From: Asterias rubens
Lineage: Eukaryota
Length of the DNA stretch: 64,000 nucleotides
Assembly (NCBI RefSeq): GCF_902459465.1
Contig: NC_047062.1
Coordinates: forward strand, 23,994,001-24,058,000
Direction of reading: 5' to 3'
The translations under genes were made by a program, and so were the position numbers. Below the pieces are notes generated by a model that was not told the origin of the DNA, ran no database searches, and worked only from the letters and a program-made list of their open reading frames with translations. Shown here one piece after another: positions 48,501 to 60,926 of this stretch. The stretch's first letter is position 1; each line of letters starts with the position of its first letter.

Positions 48501-49669
48501 TGAAGTTGGTTGCCTCCAAGTTGCCTGTAAAAGTTGTCTCGTGTGACAGTGCCCTTAGATCGTGATTTATGTCGATTGAGGCAATCAAATTAAGCGATGG
48601 TAAATATTGTGGCCTTCAATTGCTATTCGACTTCTACATCTTTGGGGCGGACTTTTACTCTGGAGGATTGATAACGATTTTAACTGTATAACCAGTGAGT
48701 TTTCAGGATGAAGCATAACATTGTTTCTACTCATCAATATTTTGTACTTGGTCTGGAAGTACATTTTTACTGCATAACCCCAAACGAAGGACCAAGCCTT
48801 GTGTCTCACGCAATAGCTTCGCGAAATGGCGCAAAGCTATACATTATTTAAATGTTCACGTGCTCCATATGCAAACATAACAAACACATTCGACATATTT
48901 GCTGAAAGGATTATTGTTTCGTAGGACGGCAGTGAAATTCTATTTTTCAATATGAAAATACAAGTGAAATGCCATCATGGTATAATTATGGTAAAAGTGA
49001 ATGAGGTGATTTTAAACATGATTTGCATTTGAGATCGTATAGAAAACAGTCATTTGAAAAGGAGTGTACACCATTGTAAATGATACAAACATTTGCATAT
49101 AAACTTCATTGATGACAACATTTGCATATTAACTTCAATGCTTGAAAAAATGCCATGAAAACAACCATCATGAGAGCTTATTGTTCTGAAAGAAGTTACT
49201 CTTATAAAATAAAATAAAAGGCAGTATGCGATATCCAATTTAATTGTATAGATTTAAGCATTGTAAATGTTTAATTTCTAAAGATTTGTAGATGTTTTTT
49301 AGCATCAATCGATTACAAAAATATATGCCTCTTTTGATAATCCTGTTCAGCAGCAGTTGGACCTGTGCTAATGAATGATTCATTTTTCTTTCTCACTCCT
49401 AACCAATCAGCTGCTTCATCGACCCCCAGCACCAGGGCATCATGATCTATGAAATGCGTGGTAACTACCAGAAGGAGTTAGTTGTTGACGGTCGTCAACC
49501 AATCTCTAAAAATACCAACCCACATCATCTCAAATCAATGGGAGTTCGTCGTGGGGAGAACAACTTTGAATTCCGCTCAAAGAAAAGCGAAGTGAGGCTT
49601 GTGTTGGAGACGGTGCGAGACATGCCAGCGCTCCAGGCGTTCAAGTTCAACTATGTGCTAACATTGTAA
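42501..49669 (+). CDS. Unrecognised 3-exon gene, 168 aa; exons 42501-42628, 47250-47369, 49411-49669
   Basis: Each exon has a pyrimidine-rich acceptor, and the donors are gtaatc and gtaaga. Phases 2/2 join into one stop-free 507-nt frame ending TAA: MMEVMQPSTPEIYIEQEDNKGDGGHRMEVDEGEYEEVGRALISGLNPVDSVILTADRGYLLWTNPRGSIEVKFKYGRSGEDFNCFIDPQHQGIMIYEMRG...FEFRSKKSEVRLVLETVRDMPALQAFKFNYVLTL. Confidence 0.8.
47936..48080. mobile_element. Palindromic MITE in intron 2 of the unrecognised gene
   Basis: Arms gggacgcttggtggcagcagact..ccaggtaaa / tttacctggtaagtctgctgccacctagcggtcc. Confidence 0.8.
48343..48557. mobile_element. MITE with ggcaac motifs; relative at ~53545-53760
   Basis: Shared ggcaacc.gttcc.ggcaatctcc and ggttgcctccaagttg.ctg.aaa; ends tc.cacgagg / ctcgtgtga. 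Confidence 0.65.
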
Positions 49670-51037
49670 CAGAGCCCCACTCTGCAGAATTCCAGATATT
49701 TATTATCAATTAATTTCACTACTGCTTAAAATTATTAATTTAAAATTTTTTAAACAAGCTAAGCTTATCAGTGACTTTAATATAAGTATTTAATTATCAT
49801 TACATTTAATAATATTAAAGGTGTAATATCCAGCTGGTTATGTCGCTTTGTACCTTCCGTGGTTAGAGCATCAACTTCTAACCTTTGACATTATGATCAC
49901 ATGACTGCCATCATGATGATGTTGTTTTAGCGACCTCGCCTGCTCATATAAGAAGCACACTTGGTCTTCGCGGAGCAGTCAAAAGCCGATGCGTTCGTTT
50001 AATTATGTATGGGCATGTTTACTAAATAAGTTTTCGCTACAAACAATGTTTTTGGAAAAAGACTCTTTATTATTCGTTGCACAACAAACTTTGCCGTTCG
50101 ACGACCAAGAGGGCATAGTCTACCAAAACAAAATTTGTATAGACATTATAATAAACAGATAATTCATATAGAAAGATTTGCTAAAAAACATTTGATAATA
50201 AATATTTTAAATCAATAATATGTAATTAAACAAAACATTATTTCAAGACGCAAACTATCAGGACTGAACGAATTCCAAATTTAAAGCAGAAGGGGAGATG
50301 AAGTAGATGTACACCCCTAATGCCAAAAGGAAATACCCAAATAATATATTTAGCTATTTAGCAGCTAAAGGAACAACAGCATACTCTAATCAATTATTCA
50401 TGTAAAGACTTAGCCACTTCTTAAATATATTTAAAAAGAGATAAGGGATATATCCCTTGTTGGTTGTTGTTGTTTGGGTGAATCTCAAGTGTTTGAATGA
50501 AACGATGCCAAATTGTTCTTTGCAAATAAACTTTTGAAGTGTCACTTCAAATTTTCGCAACCTTTTTTGACTTACTACTATAACTACTAAGGATGTATAT
50601 GAATAATCCTTTTTGCACAATTATTTCAGTCGAACCACGCCCAGTTTTCCAGTTGAGAAGTGTTTGAATGAAATATCTGGACAATGCAAATGCCTTAAAA
50701 CACAACTAAAACAAGGTGACTAGTTGAGTATTGCATACTTCACTTTTAGATGTTAATTCTTCAGATTGATTTATATTAAATATATTTATTATAACTATGT
50801 ATAAAGTGTTATGTAGATAGATACATGCAATTTGCAAGAGCAATACACTTGTCCAAGTATCTAATCATGTAGAATGTAGAATGCATTTGCACAATATTAC
50901 ACCGGCTTACATTTGAAGCTCTGATAATGAGCTAATTCTTGCCGCACAGAAAAAAAGCATTAAAACAGTTGCATATTTGTGTTAATAATCCAAAGTAGTT
51001 ACCTGATTGTTGTTAGGAAAACATTTTTATTTAATTT

Positions 51038-51430
51038 TATAACACACCTATTGCTTGTTCTGTATTCTGGTTGGCTGAAACACGGTCACGTGGGGGGAAC
51101 TAATATAGTCTAGTGATCGCGCGCGCTTTTTTTGCGGGAACTAGTACCCGAGCGGGCACTAGTCTTTGAAAATAGTGCCCGGTTACAGCGCCCTCTCTTG
51201 ACTTGAACCGTGAACTACAAAACTTCCTTTCTTTTCCAGATTTCTGATTTATTTGACATTTAAGACCGGAGCTGTGTTATAAAACACCTATTGACTGGCA
51301 TAATTCGGTAACTAGTGTACGTCTATTCCCCCTTAGGCCTGTGAAAGACCAGAAGAGGGGCCTATTTCCCTCGGCCAAAGTCCCTTGGGGGAATAGATGT
51401 ACACTAGTTACCTCATTGCCATTCAATATG
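51038..51430. mobile_element. Element with terminal hairpin (51308-51412), related to the 19.6-kb palindrome
   Basis: Arms ggtaactagtgtacgtctattcccc / ggggaatagatgtacactagttacc; gtgttataaaaca..tattgactg matches the reverse complement of 19722-19747. Confidence 0.7.
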
Positions 51431-52165
51431 TGTATAACAATAAATGCCTTCAATTACAACATATACTGCTAAAATACCAGAACTATACTACAGGTATTCA
51501 TCGAATTTGTAAAATAAACCATAATTTGTTTATCAATGTTCAAAGTTGTTTGAATAATTTCAACATTGATGTGAAGTGACCATGTATCTTGTTCAAACAC
51601 AACAAACAAATTGATAGAATACCTTCTCAAAATATTCTCTAATGAAAAAAGGGAGTAGAGGCATACTTTAACAAACTTAATGAACTTACTAGTTGCCATA
51701 GCATACATTTTGTGTGTGAAATGGTTCAATTGAAGTCTCCTGATTGTTCGAGTATAATACTATGTTCTGGTTAAAATAATTTTATTCTATAAAGTATGAT
51801 AGTTTACATATTATGTAGTTGACCATGTTCTGCCTTTTCCCTACACACCAACATTTTATTACTAGTTTTCAATATTTTGTTTTCTTTTTTTAAGAAAGAA
51901 AAAAACAGCAAAACAAAACGTATCGTAACTTGCAGGCTGATTTATTTGTTCTTACTGTTTTCAAGTAACATCGTACACTACTGAAAATTGTTCTCATACT
52001 CCTCTCTCTATTTCATTTTACATTGAGTCAGTAAATGCAGTCAGACACAATCAGCTTCTCAGGATATTTGTTAACACAACTTGAACCCAAAGCAGCTTCC
52101 AAATAAAAGCTCATACACAAATGAATATTACAATGGTGTACACTACAATTCTAAAACACCTAGTG

Positions 52166-55100
52166 TTAAGATACATCCTTTTTCATCCAATATATTGGAC
52201 TCAATGTTGTGAAAGTGTTGAGTTTTAATGGTGGAGGAGGAGGTGGGGGAGGAACACTTACTAAAGTGTGGGATAAATTAGAAACACTTTGTACTTTATT
52301 ATCCCGTTGAACATCCACACGGTTATCTGAGGTTGCCTCCCTTCCTTCCAAACATCCACCATCTGGCTCAGAGAGCCTAACATCACTCACCCTAGGTTCT
52401 TGGGAGACGCTGGTGCAGCTGTTTGATGAACAAGGAGTCTGGTTCTCACAGGGCGGGCTGGGTGTAGTAGGTGAACAATCACAAGTCTCTAACATCTGTA
52501 CAAAATCAGAAGAACATTGAGATGGCATAATAAATCTTAAATGAATCAACACACAAATTTCTCCAATGGTTTACATGATCAGGAATGTTTCCTTCAAAAG
52601 AGTTATTCAGTATTACCAAACAATTCTTGCATATAACCCTTTTTTAAGGGTGGTTCATGTACATGTGTTATCATTGGTTTTGGGAAAAGTCCATAACAGG
52701 CACTTTGTGTCATTTAGCCTTCACAAAACAAATGATAAATCAAACAAGTGAAATAAAAATTTAAGGGTGTTCAAATACTTTGAGAAAAACTTACATTATG
52801 CTTTTGTGTTTAGAGTGTTGCAGTAACCTTGCAGGTGACATTTGGTTAGTGTAGCTTTCTCAACAATGAGAGCCATTCAAAAGGAAACTTTTCATATATG
52901 GTGACTGTTCTTGTTCAAGCTTTAAATTCATAGTGGAAAATTAATATTTTGAAAACAATCTGATAATGTTGTAAAATTTGTCATAATTGCTTGTCACTCC
53001 TCCAACTTTTCATGAATGAATGCTTATAAAGTTGTCTTTGGACAAGAATAATTGTTCACCTGAGCATTTAAGGTATTGACCGGTGAGCAGAACTCATATC
53101 CAAGATGAGAGTAGAAGCCCTGCTTGTCTTTAGTGTTAAGGAACATAGTGGTATAGCCTTGACTCTTAGCATGTGTTTCAGCCATCTCCATGACCTGTCG
53201 GCCGATACCTTTACCTCTCAGATGTTCTGGGACAACGACTGATAAAAGAAAGGGAAATTAACAAAAGTGATTTATACATATAGAATATAAGAACAGAAAA
53301 ATTGAATGCAAAATTTAACATCGACTTTGAGGAGTTTCCCTTATATGCAACAGCCAGTAAAAGTTTATCAATGCAAGCATCATCTTGCGTCCCCCCCCCC
53401 CCCACCCCCTCAACTAAATTAATTAATGGCAGTGCATTGCGGCCAATTATTTCTCGTCTAGTGTTGCCATACCATGCTGCTTTTGATGGATGAGGGATAG
53501 TTCCGTGCCAAAATGCCTTGGAATGTTGAAATTGTACTGGCCTAAAGGCCTTGTGACATGATGCCATTTTAAGGCAACCAGTTCCTGGCAATCTCCAAAA
53601 AGGAAATTCATTCACATTTCATTTTTTCGTTATTTTCCCGCTGGGAGTAATGAGTTACAACTAGAAGATTGTCTCTATTGCTGCCAAAGTGTTCCTTTTG
53701 CATAGAGTGCACTTGGTTGCCTCCAAGTTGACTGAAAAATTGCCCCTTGTGACAACACCTTTATATATTACATTCAAAGACAATTGAATCTTCAACAGTG
53801 TACTGCATTTTCATTGTCAATGTAATTTTCCTTCTTACCGGATTCAATGAGGACACTGCTTGGCATGCTGATGACTCTGACCAATCTGCAGTAACCAATT
53901 ACAGCTGGACTTGATCTACCCTGTTCATTAGCCACCATCACAAGTGAGTACGGAAGTTCATCACGTGACTTATCCAATGAGTGAAGTCTAAACATGTAAA
54001 AAAGTATAATAGATGTTAAATTTGCATCGGGGATAGAGAACATTAATTTTTTGTTTTTACCTACCCGCTGCCAAAACATAGGATTCGAACTGCCTCTAGC
54101 TACCGGGCAATCTCGGTAGTCTAATTGATAATACACTGCTCTAGAATTGCAAGGGTCGTGTGTTCTAATCCCACCCGAGTAAATGCCTGTGAGTGTGATA
54201 TTTTTTCAAAGGACTTGGGAAAGTCCAGTGCTAGTCCAGTGAGTATACAGTGCTAACACACATCGGTGTATGGGTAAAAACCAAAAGTTAATAAAAAAAA
54301 GTATTATAAACAATTTATTCATCATGTCAATCATGCAGGCCTGATACTTCTGCATCAAAATTATGCAGTCGACAAACATCACAACAACTTTTTGTAGAGA
54401 AACCAATGAAGAATCTTCATTTATAGCTAGACGTGGGAAGAAAACCCCTCGGGAGGGTAAAACCCGCGCAGTCAGGTACCGTAGGTATGAAAAACCCAAT
54501 CCTTATAAGCAAGGCTCCGATCCCAGCTCAAGCTGGGGTCCACAAAGGTGAAAGGCATGGAGAGAAACCACTAAGCCAACCTGACTGACCTCAACGTTGT
54601 TGTTGTATTAGCAAGGTAGTTTTCCTTTGTAAAGGGCACCTTCATAAGGAAACTTAAAGGCAACTAGGCAACTGCTTCCATCATGTCCATTAAGTATCAG
54701 GCCTGCTTCCTGGAGTAACTATATAGAATACACAGCCATAATTCACTCCACACAGCTACCTCTATATATATTCCCCATTGAAAAGAAACCAGAAAACAGG
54801 GCCATAGTGGAGTGGACCTGCTTTCTATGTACCTGTTTCCTTTATAATATTTCCATGAAAAATGTGTCTCAACATTCTTATGAGTGTACACATTTATAAG
54901 CAGAGATTCTATGCATTACTTATAAGCAATACTTGGCTGGAGCACTGGACAAGGTGAATAATACATCCAATACATTTATTTTCAGAATAAGTGGAAGTGA
55001 TATACATTGTACACTGACAAAACTATTAAAATTCAACATCAGTACGGTGGGTTTTATTATTCTCCCATGCTCTAAATCTAATCTTATTTCAAACAAGTAT

Positions 55101-55212
55101 CTTACCTTGCTGCTTTACTGCGAGGCCATTGAGCGTTAAGTAAGTCCGCACAATCATCAATTAAATCTGGTCTTCTGTGCAACGGTTCCATACGAATGTT
55201 TGAGATGTCCAT
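52166..55212 (-). CDS. NAA80: N-alpha-acetyltransferase 80 (actin N-terminal acetyltransferase), 254 aa; exons 55212-55106, 53987-53839, 53238-53060, 52495-52166
   Basis: EPLHRRPDLIDDCADLLNAQWPRS, RLHSL, GNAT motif A VVVPEHLRGKGIG, FYSHLGY, Pro8 tract and C-terminal PIYWMKKD. Phases 2/1/0 are consistent; the total is 765 nt. Confidence 0.93.
54063..54300 (+). mobile_element. SINE family B copy in an NAA80 intron
   Basis: Matches ~28700-28910; both A and B boxes are mutated here. Confidence 0.8.
54435..54590 (-). mobile_element. Degenerate tRNA-derived SINE fragment
   Basis: Minus strand ggttggcttagtggtt head and gggtttt...ggttttcttccc body, reminiscent of V-SINE-like cores. Confidence 0.4.
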
Positions 55213-55651
55213 CTGCAAAGAGCAGAAGAAAAAACTCTTTAGATTTTCTATTTGCAATTTTATTCAAAAAGAAATACTCTTGCTTCTGACACTGCAGCCA
55301 GCCTACCTCAAAGATGTTCCTTGCTCCCTGCTTGCACACGGTTCCACATTTACGAACCAATTATTCAAGCTTATGATAATGTTACAGCGACTTGGAAATA
55401 TTGAGAGGAGAAAAACTACAGGGACAACATTTTGACACGTTCTGCAAAAGTGACAATTTAGCAGACGACCGACTGCATGCTGCAAGTCACGTGTTTGTGT
55501 TGACAAAAATTATTAAGAAAATAGTCAACATCATATTATGTGTTGATGTTCCCTTGAATACGTCTAGGTACTGTACATAATGTGCAGGAATCTCGATTAT
55601 TTGAAATGGTATTTTTTGCGGACTCAAGTATCGATACCATTGTAAACTTAC

Positions 55652-55765
55652 GACATTACTCCCAATGCTTTCGCAAGAATCGATACTATACCAATATGTA
55701 TACGAGTTTACGTAGTGTCGACATTAAAACACCATGACTTGACCAAGAATTAACTGATCATCAAC
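55652..55765. promoter_or_regulatory. Putative bidirectional promoter / 5' UTR region shared by NAA80 and ARMT1
   Basis: The NAA80 ATG directly follows an acceptor, so it needs an upstream exon. A minus-strand donor (gtaagtt) lies at 55651-55645, and the ARMT1 ATG is at 55766. Confidence 0.55.
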
Positions 55766-58700
55766 ATGGCGGCGACAAGCAGTGATGAGAATGATGGACT
55801 TCCACCGAGATTATCAGCTCGTTTCGAAGGGTACAGTTGCGTTTCAAATATCAATACACTGTATATACTTTGGAGGTTTTGTTGGGATTACTTTTTCTCT
55901 TTAACTCAACTCAAGTCTTCAGTAAAAACAACTTCCGGGATGGGCGGGCCCAATTCCAAACAACAACAACAACAACAAGCCATTGCTTTAGTCAGCTCAG
56001 TTGAGTTACACCATAACTAGTAAAATGACTTGGAATTAGATGACATATTTTCAGTAGTACACTTACTATATAAAGCAACCTACTGTCAACCGCTGACTTA
56101 TTTAGTAACATTTTTTAAAGCCACGATCGATGATCATTGTGTAATTGTATGATGCCCTGGGGCCCATGCCCCCCCCCCCCCCCCCGCAAACCCCTCCACC
56201 GTTGCTGGGTCTTCCCTACAGTACTAATGTATCGAGGTCACTGGATACAATTCGCTTGTTGCAACAGTACAGTTTTTTTTAAGATCTCGATTAGACCAAC
56301 CGGGGACCTGTACCATCTCTATTTTAAATTCTGACTTTAAGAATCGGACCTAGGGCGACGATCTGTCATAGTCTTTAATTTCAACGGGAGGCCATCAGCT
56401 GTCAAATCAAAAAGAGGAGTACAGTACAGCATCCCATAGTTCAGTTGCGATAACCTAACCCTCCTCTTGATGGCCGGAAGGCCGGAGCCGGCCGTCGGGA
56501 GGAGAGTTACGTTATCGCAACTAAGCATCCCAGTGCTAGTTACTTGGTCTTAAGCTCTCCACCAGTAATGGTAACAATTCTGTCTTATTGTTGTTTTTCA
56601 CAGGTCGTTTGCATATCTCACAATCAAAGATCGCCTCCCTGTCATCACCACCAAAGTGGTAAACACTGTGTACACCTACCGCATTGAGGCTGCACAGCTA
56701 CATGGGCAGGTAAGAAAGACCCCAGACAGAACTTCTAGGTTTGTTCCGCTATCCTTACTCCACATGGAGGCGATAGTGTAACGAACCTCGCCATTGACTA
56801 TGTTATAGTTCTAGGATACTTCTAGAAACTATATAGTTTCTACAAATAGTTCTAGGAGTACCCAGGTAGTATCGTATGATAGCTGTTGGCTCTGAAATAT
56901 TGTACCAAACCCAAAGGCCAATGGAGGTTTGTCGTAGCATTCCGTCCCATCTACAGTTAGGACCAGTACGAACTTAAGTGTTACAGTTAGGACGGCCGAA
57001 ACTATAGCTTGGATGGCATGATAGAGATAGCGACATGCATGTTGTGATAAGACTTTAAAAAATGACACTCTATTCTGGAGTGATTTGCAATCCTCTTAAG
57101 TTTCTCTCGGCTGACAACGGGGCTCATGTGATAATGAAGAAATTCTAATGGCAATTCTTTTAAAAAAGAATATTGTTTCTAGCTCAAAATATATAGAGAA
57201 CCAGCACGCCTGAAGTTTTTTGGTTGTGAAGGTAACTCTTTTCTTTCATTGCTCTTTAATGTTTCTCAGGATGGAGCCACAGATTGCAAAGACATCGTCG
57301 CTAAACTCTCCAAATTCCGCAACGAGTTACAGACAGACAAGGCCATTCTCCCTCTGCAACCAGATGGAGAGGACGACATTGAGATCTGGGAGCGATGTCT
57401 GGAGGAGGAGACTAAGGCCAATGGGGGTACCCCTGCAAGCTGGTTCACATCTCCCTGGTTGTATGTGGAGTGTTACATGTATCGAAGGATTGTGAATATA
57501 ATAAGACAGAGGTACAACTTAATTTTGATCTTTTGACAATCAGTTAAAGCATATTACTGTGCCGTGCCATTAGATGGTGCGCAAATTGGACGGTTAAAAC
57601 TGAGCATCTTTATTTTTGTGACCTTGACTTGATCTGACTTAATAATAGTTCTGACTCAATAACAGTTTACTTTGTTTTCTTATCTCCTTAAAGCAATCAC
57701 CTGAGGAACTTTGATCCGTTCAGCGAGCAAAAAAAGGCAGCATTGAAGCAGTCACAGGAGGCCTTGGTCACCCTTGCAGAGTACCAAAAGATGACACATG
57801 GGAAGGACATTGACTGTTTTAAAGAATTCATGGAGGTAAGGGAAGAAGCAAAAGGTTGCGGGAAGGAAAGTTCTGACACAAATTATCAGAAGTAGACCAA
57901 TGTGCACCCACAGGTTAAATCTCCCTTAGAATTGTGTGTCAATGATGTCACTTAGTATTAGCTTGTGGGGACAGTGTGTTGTGACTGTAGACATCAAGGT
58001 CGTGTCTCTCATGTTCGGGGCCACATGCCTTTTACTAGAAGATTCTTCTCAGTCTACCTTCATGATGGACCCAACCTCTGGAATAAACTTCCAAATCACA
58101 TCAGGGCAACAACATCCTTCAACATGTTCAAGTCACTTCTGAAAGCCCACTTGTTTCAGGAGGCCTGTCATCAATGACTTATTTATTTCTTCTGTGCCTC
58201 AGCGCCTTTTTTAGCAAACCTTTGATTTGTGCGCTTTATAAGTTGATTATGATTGATTGATTAATTAGTTTGTTCATGTTTTGTTTCCATCCTCTTTCTT
58301 CTAGATTTCTCTTTGGGGAAATAGGTGCGACCTCTCCATCTCAGCCGGTGTAGAAAACTCACAGAAAATTAGCCCACTCGCACACATTGCAAATTTAAGA
58401 AACAAAATATTAGTTAACGACAGCGATAAGCTTTGGCGTGTCTTGCAAAACTCACGGGAGAGCAAAGCTGAGAATGAGGCAGTGAGGATGGACATCGTGT
58501 TAGACAATGCTGGCTTTGAGCTGTTTACTGATCTGTGTTTAGCCGAGTATGTCTTGAGAACCAACTTGGCTGACGTTATTGTTATGCATTACAAAGCAAT
58601 GCCATGGTTTGTATCGGATGTAGGACAGGATGACTTTACATACACATTAAACTACCTTGAACATCAAGAGAATGACAGCCTGAAAAAACTTGGCCGGTGT

Positions 58701-59078
58701 TGGTCGCAGAGAATCAACACAAAATCATGGGTTTTACAGGGTCATCCATTTTGGACAACTCCGCATGATTTCAGCGCAATGCAGTCAGTCGCTCCAGACT
58801 TGTACTCTGAACTTGCCAAATCGGATCTGATTCTCCTAAAGGGAGATTTAAACTACAGGAAGCTGGTTGGAGATCGGCAATGGGAACCAACAATCCCCTA
58901 TGCGGAGGCATTATGTGGATTTCATCCGGCACCTCATTGTGCCTTACGGACATGCAAGGCTGATGTTATAGTAGGGCTTGATGATGGCGTTGCTGAGCAA
59001 ACTGCAGCTGAGGATAGCGACTGGCTCATTGATGGAAAGTTTGCCGTTATACAATTTTCTGGAATGATCCGTACTTAA
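55766..59078 (+). CDS. ARMT1: Damage-control phosphatase ARMT1 (DUF89), 442 aa; exons 55766-55830, 56604-56709, 57270-57511, 57694-57835, 58305-59078
   Basis: GSFAYLTIKDRLP, PWLYVECYMYRRI, SLWGNRCDLS, VLDNAGFE, KGDLNYRKL and RTCK. Phases 2/0/2/0 are consistent; the total is 1329 nt. Confidence 0.96.
57985..58250 (+). mobile_element. L2-like LINE 3' fragment in ARMT1 intron 4
   Basis: GPNLWNKLPNHIRATTSFNMFKSLLKAHLF followed by the cagcgcctt...tgcgctttata tail motif. Confidence 0.85.
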
Positions 59079-60299
59079 ATTGTTTAACAATATTAAAATG
59101 TTAAAGGTTCACAAAAATAAAACACATTATACAGTTTGTTTGTTTGTTTGTTTTTTATTTCCTAATATCACAATAAATAATCATGAAACATACAAGTTGT
59201 GAGAATGCGAGTGCATTTCAAGTGTTGTATTGCACTTTCTTATTTTGAATGCGCCAATTACAATAAATATTCCATAATTATTTTTAAGTTCACCAAAATG
59301 GTACAGAATTATACAGTTGTTGATACTTTTCAAGTGTTTTCAATTATATCACAAAAGCTAAAAATCTGAAGTTTCCTCTTGGTCACTTACTATAAAATGC
59401 TGTTTTCCAATATATTTGTGACTATTTAAAATCATACTGGTGTATACAAGTACATGTAAGTGGAATTAAATTGTAGAGTAAATGTTTTTTGGGTGTGCAA
59501 TATTGTATTCAGTGTACACATTTAAAATCTTATAACAGATTTCTTAGGTAAAGGGAAGGTATACATTTGGTAACCACTCCTAAAATTAATGGCAATAAAA
59601 ACTTCAATGCTTGGTTAGAAGTACAGCGTTTTAAGAAACATTTCACTTCAAAGTATTAAATGGGGTTAAGGAAAAATTCATCTGTTTTTGTCTCCCAGGA
59701 TATGTATGTTTTCTAGTTTAGGATTATTCTTTCTGCGAGGACATAACTGCGATATCTCAAAAACGTGACCACCTTTTGTCAAAATAAAATGTTCACAGAT
59801 TAGTTTTATTGCATCTACATTTATGTTGGATAAAAACAATTAGAACCGTTCAAAAAAACCAAAGGTACACAATGTAAACTTTTCCTTAAAGCAATGTATC
59901 AGACTATTATATCCTTTCAGCATCAGTTTTATTCAACTTAGCCTCTAGTGACTTTGGCTAAAACTATGGCTGTTTCTCAATTTCAATATTGAGGAATCTA
60001 ACTTTCTCAGTCTGCCAGCCAAAGCCGCTAATTCTGACCATCCTTAATAAGCTGTCGTTGCACTTTTTATTTTATAGATACAACATTTTGCATTTGAAAC
60101 ATTAAAAAGATTTGAATGTTTGTTAAAATTGTTTTCAGGTATCCATTCAAATGAAGCACTTTACATGTATTTATAAGTGTCAATAACATTGTATGGCAGG
60201 TACAATAGTAGGCCCTACAAATTTCTGCATTTTTGACAACAGGCCATACTAAATATTAAAACGATGGGTTTTAATAGATAAAAATTGGTTGAGGTTTAA

Positions 60300-60725
60300 A
60301 GGGTCTGATGTACTTTTTCCACACACAAAACACAATGTCCACAGATTTACATTAAACTTAAACAGTTTGAAGATTATGATAGTAGAAAGCTTCCCTTGAA
60401 ATTTTCCCTACTGAGATGCTGTAGTTTTTGAGAAATGAGGAAAACAAATAAATTTAGTCTCAGTTTTAGCATGTAAAACCGTATTATATTATACCATAAT
60501 CATAGCATAACTGGTTAATGGGATTTTACATGCTAAAATAATGTTTGTCTTCCGGAGACGGAAATTATTTTGTGACTTGTTTTACTCATTTCTCAAAAAC
60601 TACAGAACCTCAGTTAGTAATATTATTTGAAGGGTATTTGAAGGGAAGCTTTCCACTATCATTATCTTCAAACCCTGTAAGTTTAATGTAAATCTGTGGA
60701 CATTTTGAAAAAGTACCCAAATCCT
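60300..60725. mobile_element. Uninterrupted TTAA-flanked MITE (same family as 8012-8804)
   Basis: TTAA at 60296-60299 and 60726-60729. Confidence 0.88.
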
Positions 60726-60926
60726 TTAACAAATCATGTTAGACGAAAATGTTCTTTTGCAGGATTTGCAATTGTGTAAACTTTATAACCAGTGACTGTT
60801 CAGATTAAAAACAAATCAACATTTCCCCTATAATCTACCTATCTCGTAATTTGTTAATAAACAAATTTATTATTATTTTCATTTCATGAAATAAATATGG
60901 TTCCTTTATAAGTGCATTGATCTACT

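Noticed and set aside
52496-52552. Longer start of the 128-aa ORF at 52166-52552
   Set aside because: This part is intronic; the acceptor at 52496-52497 gives the phase that matches the preceding NAA80 exon.
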